Assembly (NCBI GenBank): GCA_035531495.1
Contig: DATKSU010000001.1
Location: 1 to 52,318 of the forward strand
Direction of reading: 5' to 3'
Source of the DNA: Minisyncoccota bacterium
GTDB taxonomy: Bacteria; Patescibacteriota; Minisyncoccia; Phycocordibacterales; Phycocordibacteraceae
Length of the DNA stretch: 52,318 nucleotides
The notes under the pieces are model-generated. The model did not search any database. It was not told the DNA's origin and saw only the letters and a program-made list of their open reading frames with translations. The translations under genes were made by a program, and so were the position numbers. Below, piece after piece: positions 47,262 through 52,318 of the stretch. The stretch's first letter is position 1, and each line of letters begins with the position of its first letter.

Positions 47262-47480
47262 TTAATTATCAATGCTCACTATCTTAGAACGGGAACGGTG
47301 TCCTGTCAGGATGCGCACCCTGCCGACGGGCACGCTTGAGCGCGTCGCCACGATTTCGCGCACGCGCTTGTTGGCCCGATTGCCCGCCGCCGGTTCCCGC
47401 ACGGCGACGACGAGGATGTCGTCCTTCTCTTCCACGCGCTCGCGCCGCGCGCCTGGCGTCACGAAGACCTTCAGGTACAT
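47262..47480 (-). CDS. DUF167 (YggU-like) protein
   Basis: VFVTPGARRERV...AAGNRANKRVREIVA...ILTGHRSRSKIV matches the DUF167 pattern. Confidence 0.7.
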   Translation of the reverse strand: MYLKVFVTPGARRERVEEKDDILVVAVREPAAGNRANKRVREIVATRSSVPVGRVRILTGHRSRSKIVSIDN

Positions 47481-47483
47481 CGC

Positions 47484-47723
47484 CTATGCCTTCGCATGGT
47501 GCGCGCGCAGATACGCGTCGATGTCCGCAGATTCGTACATCTCGACGCCGTTGTCGGCATCGACGAGGTACGGCACCTGCCGCTTGCCGCCGCGCGCGAT
47601 GAGCTCCGCGGCGACCGCGTCATCGGCGATGTTCTTCTGGTCAAAGTCGATGCCGAGCTCCTGCCCTGTCGCGAGCACGCGCGCGCAGAACGGGCATCCG
47701 GTCTTCACGTATAAGGTAAGCAT
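47484..47723 (-). CDS. glutaredoxin-like protein (CPFC active site)
   Basis: YVKTGCPFCARV...RQVPYL is a thioredoxin fold. TATACT (47732-47737, minus) lies 8 nt upstream of the ATG. Confidence 0.75.
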   Translation of the reverse strand: MLTLYVKTGCPFCARVLATGQELGIDFDQKNIADDAVAAELIARGGKRQVPYLVDADNGVEMYESADIDAYLRAHHAKA

Positions 47724-47746
47724 ATGCGGGCAGTATAGCGCAGTTG

Positions 47747-48100
47747 TTACTCACTCCTATCCGGGATGATCATCCCCGCTCCGATTTCAGAGTGGCAATT
47801 CTTACAAACTAGGACACATTTCTCGGCTTCTCTGACCAAAGAATCCCACGAATACGACAATCCCTTCACACTCAGCGCGAATTTCTTATTCCCTGGATCC
47901 TTATGATGGAAATCAAGAGCGCCGGCATACCTCTTATATCCGCATAGAGAACACTTGCCGCCGAACATCTCGACTAATTTCTCTTTCTTGCGGCGACGAT
48001 TCTGCATGACGGCTGTCGAAGCGCACTTGCCGCAGCGATACCACCCTTCAGTTCTGGGGAAAAATTTCGTCAGTCCGTGAATCTTGCAAATCCTTTGCAT
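47747..48100 (-). CDS. HNH endonuclease (His-Me finger) with an N-terminal Cys cluster
   Basis: CSLCGYKRYAGALDFHHKDPGNK...LVCKNCHSEI is an HNH core. The N-terminus carries C...CGKC. G+C is low. TATACT (48109-48114, minus) lies 8 nt upstream of the ATG at 48100. Confidence 0.75.
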   Translation of the reverse strand: MQRICKIHGLTKFFPRTEGWYRCGKCASTAVMQNRRRKKEKLVEMFGGKCSLCGYKRYAGALDFHHKDPGNKKFALSVKGLSYSWDSLVREAEKCVLVCKNCHSEIGAGMIIPDRSE

Positions 48101-48174
48101 ATGAGAACAGTATAACACCGGGTGTTAATATTGTTTTCCTGGGCAGCCTGTGTATAATTTTCCTGTTCGTGTAT

Positions 48175-48459
48175 TCCGCGGTAGCTCAATGGTAGAGCAG
48201 CTCCCTGTGGCGAACGCAGCTTCCTGGAGGAATCCAGGTCGAATAACGAGGTGAATTGCTGGAAACCCCTTGCGGGCGATCAGCAGCCAAGCTCCGCTTC
48301 CGCGGAGAAGGTTCAGAGACTATCCCTAACGGGAGTACCCGACGGTATCGTCAGGGGAAGCGCCTCGCATCGAGAACCGATGATGATATAGTCCACGCCT
48401 TCAGCAATGAGGGAACACGTGTAAGGAGTTGGTTGTAGGTTCGAGTCCTACCCGCGGAG
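48175..48459 (+). tRNA. tRNA-Asn (anticodon GTT) interrupted in the anticodon by a 213-nt group I intron
   Basis: Exons: TCCGCGG-TA-GCTC-AATGGTA-GAGC-A-GCTCC-CTGT | TAA-GGAGT-TGGTT-GTAGG-TTCGAGT-CCTAC-CCGCGGA-G. The acceptor has 7 perfect bp. The spliced loop is CTGTTAA. TATAAT lies at 48153-48158. Confidence 0.85.
48209..48421 (+). ncRNA. group I intron (IC3-like core, no ORF)
   Basis: P1: exon CUGU|G pairs with CGCAG (48215-48219), giving the U-G wobble at the 5' splice site. The last intron nucleotide is G. P2 is CCUGGA-GGAA-UCCAGG. The core strings CAGCCAAGC and GAAGGUUCAGAGACUA closely resemble the Azoarcus and Tetrahymena cores as I recall them. Confidence 0.85.
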
Positions 48460-50133
48460 CAGACTGCCTGATTTGGGGTCAAAGAACCCAAATCGGACAG
48501 TGATTAGGGGGTTTTCGGAGGTTCGAAAATTATTTCGAGGTTCCGGAACTTCCATCACAACGGAATGAGTATTGTTAACAGAAATATCCTGCAAATGGCC
48601 GCCTTTGGCGGCTTTTTGCATGGGTTCTAAAATTTCTATGTCGAGTCCTTTCTGGATGCGTTCTGCGAGCTTCCGGACGGCCGGTTTGAATTCGTAGGTT
48701 GTATCACCGTTCTTGAGACGCAGAGCGGAGAACATCTGCGCGATGAGGACACGCCGCTGATCTGGCGAACGCTTGAGGTAAATCTCCTTGGCTCGGAGCG
48801 CAAGGTCGAGAATGTTCTGCCACAGCTCATAGTATTTCGCTTCCTTGGACTGAATCCTCTCCAGCTCTTGCGTTATGCTGGTGCGCTCGTCGTCGATTTC
48901 CTTCTCCTTGCGCTTCCAGTGCTCGGCGGTTATCTCCTCGTCGAGCTTAGCGTCAAATAGCCGCTCCTTGCGGGCTCCTAGGGCGTTATAGCGGGTCTGA
49001 AGCTGGTTCCGCTGGTGTTCCTTATAGGCAACCTCCTCCGCGTGATTCTGCTTGATTTTGAGGCGAATCAGCTCGGCTTCCTCTGGGGTCAAAGTTTCGA
49101 ATATCTGGAATGCTCTCGTGATCTGCTTTTCCACCTTCTCCTCACGAGCGCAGATTTGCTGCGAGCAGTCGCGATAGTGGCTGCAATGGTAATAAATATA
49201 ATTGTGGACGTTGCCGTTCTGTTGGCGCTTCGTCTTCAGTTCGGCCGTAATGGTGCTCCCGCACTCGCCGCATGTAATCAGTTTCCTGAAAGCGAAATTG
49301 CGCCGCTGAAAGTGCGGTGCTTTTTTGCCGGAGAGAGTCGCTTGCACTTGGTCGAACAAACCTTGAGAGATGAGTGGCTCGTGCTTTCCTTGTCCGCGAA
49401 TCATGTCGTTCCAGCGGATCATCCCACAATAGAACGGGTCGCGGAGCATATCGTCGAGGCGGCTTTTAACCAGCCGATTGCCGGACGGTGAACGCAATCC
49501 TTCTTTGTAGAGCTGATTAGCAAGCGCCTTTATCGAGTAGTTGCCGGTCGCGTATAGTTCGAACGCGCGACGCATGAACGGAGCCATCTTCGGGTCAGGA
49601 ACATGCGTTTTGTGCCCACGTTCGCCGACGGTCATATATCCGAGCTTTGCGCGACATGGAATCCACCCTTGTTGTATTTTCTCCTCCTGACCTTTTTTGA
49701 CCTCCTCCGAAAGATTGTCGACGTAGTTCTTCGCGAAAAGGATTCTTACGCCCATATTCAACTTTTCCTGCGACCGAGAGTTTTTTGTAAGCACAAGCGA
49801 GTCCTTCACAAGATGCACTTGTCGCGCCTCATCTTCTTCGAGCCAGTCATCTATCGTAACCAAGTCTCTATAGTTACGCGTTAGCCGGTCAGCCTTCTCG
49901 CAGATAATCGCCGGTATCTGATTCTTCGCCGCGAAATTCACCATCTGCGTGAAGACCTGCCGTTGTTGCTTTCCCGCCGCCGATTCCGAAACTGAAAAGA
50001 CTTGCTCGATGTCGAATCCGTGCTTCTCCGCGTATTCCGTAAGAAATCTCTCTTGCGAGGGCAACGAAAACCCCGTCTCCTCTTGTTCCTTTGAGGAGAC
50101 TCGGCAGTAGAGAATTGCTTTCGGTTTTTCCAT
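48448..50133 (-). CDS. large serine recombinase (phage-integrase/transposase type)
   Basis: N-terminal resolvase domain AILYCRVSSKEQ (catalytic Ser), a recombinase domain, a zinc ribbon CGECGS...YYHCSHYRDC and a C-terminal coiled-coil. SD is AAGGAG. The stop codon lies inside the tRNA-Asn T-stem. Confidence 0.9.
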   Translation of the reverse strand: MEKPKAILYCRVSSKEQEETGFSLPSQERFLTEYAEKHGFDIEQVFSVSESAAGKQQRQVFTQMVNFAAKNQIPAIICEKADRLTRNYRDLVTIDDWLEEDEARQVHLVKDSLVLTKNSRSQEKLNMGVRILFAKNYVDNLSEEVKKGQEEKIQQGWIPCRAKLGYMTVGERGHKTHVPDPKMAPFMRRAFELYATGNYSIKALANQLYKEGLRSPSGNRLVKSRLDDMLRDPFYCGMIRWNDMIRGQGKHEPLISQGLFDQVQATLSGKKAPHFQRRNFAFRKLITCGECGSTITAELKTKRQQNGNVHNYIYYHCSHYRDCSQQICAREEKVEKQITRAFQIFETLTPEEAELIRLKIKQNHAEEVAYKEHQRNQLQTRYNALGARKERLFDAKLDEEITAEHWKRKEKEIDDERTSITQELERIQSKEAKYYELWQNILDLALRAKEIYLKRSPDQRRVLIAQMFSALRLKNGDTTYEFKPAVRKLAERIQKGLDIEILEPMQKAAKGGHLQDISVNNTHSVVMEVPEPRNNFRTSENPLITVRFGFFDPKSGSLLRG

Positions 50134-50140
50134 AGAAATA

Positions 50141-50473
50141 TCACTCCTTGGCTACCAAGATGCCATAGAGTTTCTTCACACCTTTCTTCAGTGTTGATTC
50201 TTGCTGCTTGGGAAGACTGGCTCTGACTGAAGCCGGAGTTTTCCCTTGCGACTCAAGCATCTTGATTGCGTTCGGACTATCAATCGGCACTAGGTTTGCA
50301 TTTCCGCACAACTTGCAAACCTTCTTTGTTCCGCTATTTCGCCATATCTCGTAAATGATGCCCGGCAGAATAAAAAAGCACAGTAGAATCAGTGTAATCC
50401 ATATCGAGCCGGGAATTTCTTCCTTTGGCGAGCCTACATGCCCGCAGTTCGTGCACACCATCGGATCTTTCAT
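50141..50473 (-). CDS. zinc-ribbon membrane protein, 110 aa
   Basis: The CTNCGH...CKLCGN Cys pairs flank one TM helix (IWITLILLCFFILPGIIY). No family was recognised. Confidence 0.55.
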   Translation of the reverse strand: MKDPMVCTNCGHVGSPKEEIPGSIWITLILLCFFILPGIIYEIWRNSGTKKVCKLCGNANLVPIDSPNAIKMLESQGKTPASVRASLPKQQESTLKKGVKKLYGILVAKE

Positions 50474-50477
50474 AGTT

Positions 50478-50597
50478 TTGGACGCCTATTGGTAATTGCC
50501 TGGACAACTGTAATGCCCCCACAAGGGTTTGACAGCCTTGCGGCTGACCGGCGTCCAAGCCAGGCCCCTTGTGGAGGCATTACAGGCTTGGACGCCG
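50478..50597. repeat. nested inverted/direct repeat cluster (20-bp inverted repeat, 13-bp inverted repeat, three copies of TTGGACGCC)
   Basis: 50508-50527 is complementary to 50566-50585 (19 of 20). CGGCGTCCAAGCC (50549-50561) is perfectly complementary to 50585-50597. TTGGACGCC occurs direct at 50478 and 50588 and inverted at 50550-50558. An inner hairpin CAGCC-TTGC-GGCTG lies at 50533-50546. Confidence 0.75.
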
Positions 50598-50646
50598 TTA
50601 TTCAGTTGTTCAATTAGTTTAGCATTCATACTGCCTTCAACAATGG

Positions 50647-50868
50647 CTACATTTTCTCTGGCAACCCCACAAGTAGCCGCTCCATTCTCATGAGACGTTC
50701 TTCGATTTCTATCCAGTCCTTCATTTCGGATGAGCTGAGATTTACTGATACTATTTTGCCGTCCTTAATGACCACCTTTTCGGAATACCTAGAGTTTACG
50801 AATACCCTCGTTCTTTTGATTCGATTTTCTTGATCCTCAAGCATTTGCATGATTTTGTCTTTTGCCAT
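50647..50868 (-). CDS. hypothetical protein, 73 aa
   Basis: The ORF is in operon orientation between the ParB-like gene and the repeat cluster. The product is charged and helical. No homology was recognised. Confidence 0.45.
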   Translation of the reverse strand: MAKDKIMQMLEDQENRIKRTRVFVNSRYSEKVVIKDGKIVSVNLSSSEMKDWIEIEERLMRMERLLVGLPEKM

Positions 50869-50874
50869 ATTTAT

Positions 50875-51615
50875 TTAGTTAGAGTTTTTGTAATGTTGCT
50901 CGACGATATCGAGCATCTTTGCGAACAGTGCCGACACGTTGCGGATATTCTCGCGTTCAGAAACGGTTGCGAGCACCTCTCGTAGATGTTCGAAATCTGC
51001 CTTGTCCGCGAGATATACTTCTGCATCCTTTTCGAGCAATTTGAGCACCTCGTCGAACTTTTCTTTTTGCTTTGGCAAGAACAGGATCTGCAACATCTCG
51101 TAGTCGAAATCGAACACGATGTCGTCCGCCCTTATAGCGGGCAGGTCGAAGTCGAGTTCACCATCGAATATTCCAGACTCAAGCTTCGATTCGATGCTTT
51201 GTATTTCATTGAATAGTTCCGCAAGCATAATCGGGTCGTCGTAGCCGGTGAGTGCGTTGTGCGCCAACTGCTTTGCGCGGATCTGGTCGCGCGATAGTTC
51301 TTCTTCAATCACCATCACAAACACTTCTCGCAATCCTGCAGCGCGAGCCGCACGTGTCCGATGATGCCCAGAGATAATGTGGAACTCTTCGTTGTCCGAC
51401 GCGTTTTTCTTGATGACACACAGCGGCAGAGATTCGAGTCGTTTGCCATCTGCAATCGTGATCTTCATCCGGTCGAGTTTGTCCGGACTCATCACACGAG
51501 CATTCTTGTCTTGCTCGCGCAGGAGGTCGATGTCGACTTTCCAGATTGCGATTCCGTTGCCCATATCGAGCACCCTCTCTTTGATTGGTTCGTTTTCCAT
51601 ACTTCTATGCGGCAA
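50875..51615 (-). CDS. ParB-like nuclease (ParB/Srx fold) domain protein
   Basis: EFHIISGHHRTRAARAAG is the ParB/sulfiredoxin-type GHHR motif in the N-terminal domain. The C-terminal domain is unassigned. Confidence 0.75.
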   Translation of the reverse strand: MPHRSMENEPIKERVLDMGNGIAIWKVDIDLLREQDKNARVMSPDKLDRMKITIADGKRLESLPLCVIKKNASDNEEFHIISGHHRTRAARAAGLREVFVMVIEEELSRDQIRAKQLAHNALTGYDDPIMLAELFNEIQSIESKLESGIFDGELDFDLPAIRADDIVFDFDYEMLQILFLPKQKEKFDEVLKLLEKDAEVYLADKADFEHLREVLATVSERENIRNVSALFAKMLDIVEQHYKNSN

Positions 51616-52318
51616 CAGCCACGTTAGCTACTAATGCACGTTCTTCATCGAGAAACTGGCGCACCACACCCTTGAAATCCTGCTCGCGGAAATCGGTGTC
51701 GTAGAGGATTTTATACATACCGCCGTTAGCGCGCCCCTCCTTCAATCGTTCGCAGGAGAGTGCCTTCAAGATGCCGTTATTGAGCTTCACACGGCGATAC
51801 TTTGAGAGGCAGGTAGTCCGGAGTCCACGAAGCCTGTAGACGCGGTTTACGCGGCTTGCAGTGCGATACAACACGTCGGCAAACTCGTTGCAGGTAATCG
51901 CCAGCATGAGCAGACGATTCGCCCTCGGCATGTTTCGGACCGGCGCGTTGAATCCGTAATTTTCGAACACGCGGTCGCTCTTCAAACCAAACAAAGAGTT
52001 CGTCATGAAGCCGACAGTCGCGAACACTTTGCCGTCCACAAGCATGAGGAAATATTGCTCCGCGCCGGTGTTCCCGAGTTTGTGTGCGAACAGGTCGCGG
52101 TAATAGAGAGCCTGCTGTTCTGGCACAGATACGAAACTGATCTTGCTGTCATAAGTCAGTTCATCGCCATTCATGAACACTGGTGCTGGGTAAGGCTTCA
52201 CACCTCGCGAGGCCATAAAGTCTACGGATGAGCGATACTGGAATCCTTCTAGAATCTCTGGCTTCGTAAGTAGCCAGTAGTCGCGCTTGTCTACATCATT
52301 CTCTTTGCAGAAGATTAC
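51605..52318 (-). CDS. hypothetical protein, 5' end outside the window (reading frame open to the edge)
   Basis: The frame of the 51605..52216 ORF continues without a stop for the 34 codons up to position 52318 (VIFCKENDVDKRDYWLL...). It overlaps the ParB-like gene start by 11 nt. No family was recognised. Confidence 0.55.
   Translation of the reverse strand, partial: VIFCKENDVDKRDYWLLTKPEILEGFQYRSSVDFMASRGVKPYPAPVFMNGDELTYDSKISFVSVPEQQALYYRDLFAHKLGNTGAEQYFLMLVDGKVFATVGFMTNSLFGLKSDRVFENYGFNAPVRNMPRANRLLMLAITCNEFADVLYRTASRVNRVYRLRGLRTTCLSKYRRVKLNNGILKALSCERLKEGRANGGMYKILYDTDFREQDFKGVVRQFLDEERALVANVAVAA

Larger units (their letters stand above)
47740..52318. mobile_element. low-G+C island containing an HNH endonuclease, intron-containing tRNA-Asn, a large serine recombinase and a ParB-like nuclease (probable integrative element/prophage remnant; right end outside the window)
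   Basis: G+C drops abruptly after the grx promoter, to about 38-50% in hand-counted lines compared with about 62% in a host line. Gene content is recombinase and nuclease genes. Only the recombinase has a clear SD (AAGGAG), unlike host genes. The left boundary is ambiguous (47.74 kb or 48.46 kb). Confidence 0.6.

Noticed and set aside
48205-48424. Alternative readings of the split tRNA as tRNA-Thr(UGU), tRNA-Thr(GGU) or tRNA-His(GUG), depending on where the loop is joined.
   Set aside because: Two junctions put a U at the 5' exon end and a G at the intron end: CTGT|…G|TAA (Asn) and CT|…G|TGTAA (Thr-UGU). Only the Asn junction places the U-G wobble in the drawn P1. The UCC… acceptor with discriminator G fits tRNA-Asn, not Thr or His (no G-1). 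The Thr(UGU) junction is not formally excluded without experimental junctions.
48256-48438. A 60-aa ORF inside the group I intron, considered as a possible intron-encoded homing endonuclease.
   Set aside because: It has no LAGLIDADG, GIY-YIG, HNH or His-Cys box motif. It runs through the conserved ribozyme core (P4-P8) and into the 3' exon rather than sitting in a peripheral loop, and it is too short.
50334-50558. A 74-aa ORF overlapping the Zn-ribbon gene and the repeat cluster.
   Set aside because: It overlaps a better-supported gene in another frame, and its 5' half is simply the translated inverted-repeat region. It has no start context or motifs.

Overview
This is a gene-dense, high-G+C chromosomal segment. 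Hand counts of a few 60-nt lines give about 60-68% G+C. About 47.7 kb is housekeeping. It holds seven aminoacyl-tRNA synthetases (tyrS, trpS, aspS, gltX, cysS, class-I lysK, proS). It holds two halves of a split dcw cluster (mraY-ftsW-murG, and mraZ-rsmH-ftsL-ftsI-murF). It holds the rod complex (mreB-mreC-mreD-mrdA) plus a second mreB. It also holds murA, dnaJ, dnaB, recR, scpAB, frr, rseP, def-fmt, greA, ribosomal proteins L9/L21/L27, tRNA-Tyr and tRNA-Glu. Several enzymes are domain-minimised, notably AspRS without the GAD insertion and ProRS without the INS domain. Together with the class-I LysRS, this suggests a reduced-genome lineage such as CPR/Patescibacteria; that is inference only. 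Most host genes lack a Shine-Dalgarno sequence. Instead they have a (TGn)TAnnnT -10 box 6-9 nt upstream of the start codon, which implies leaderless transcripts. The most interesting part is the right-hand end, about 47.74 kb to the window edge. G+C there drops to roughly 40-50% by hand count. This region contains a small HNH endonuclease gene and a tRNA-Asn(GUU) split in the anticodon by a 213-nt group I intron with IC3-like core motifs. It also contains a large serine recombinase whose stop codon lies inside the tRNA 3' end, a densely nested repeat locus, and a ParB-like nuclease gene. That gene overlaps an unrecognised ORF that runs off the window. Other points of note are a frameshifted proS, an AT-rich in-frame insertion in trpS, a 22-bp divergent promoter with a palindromic -10, and a CorA with GMH in place of GMN. 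No CRISPR array or rRNA was seen.
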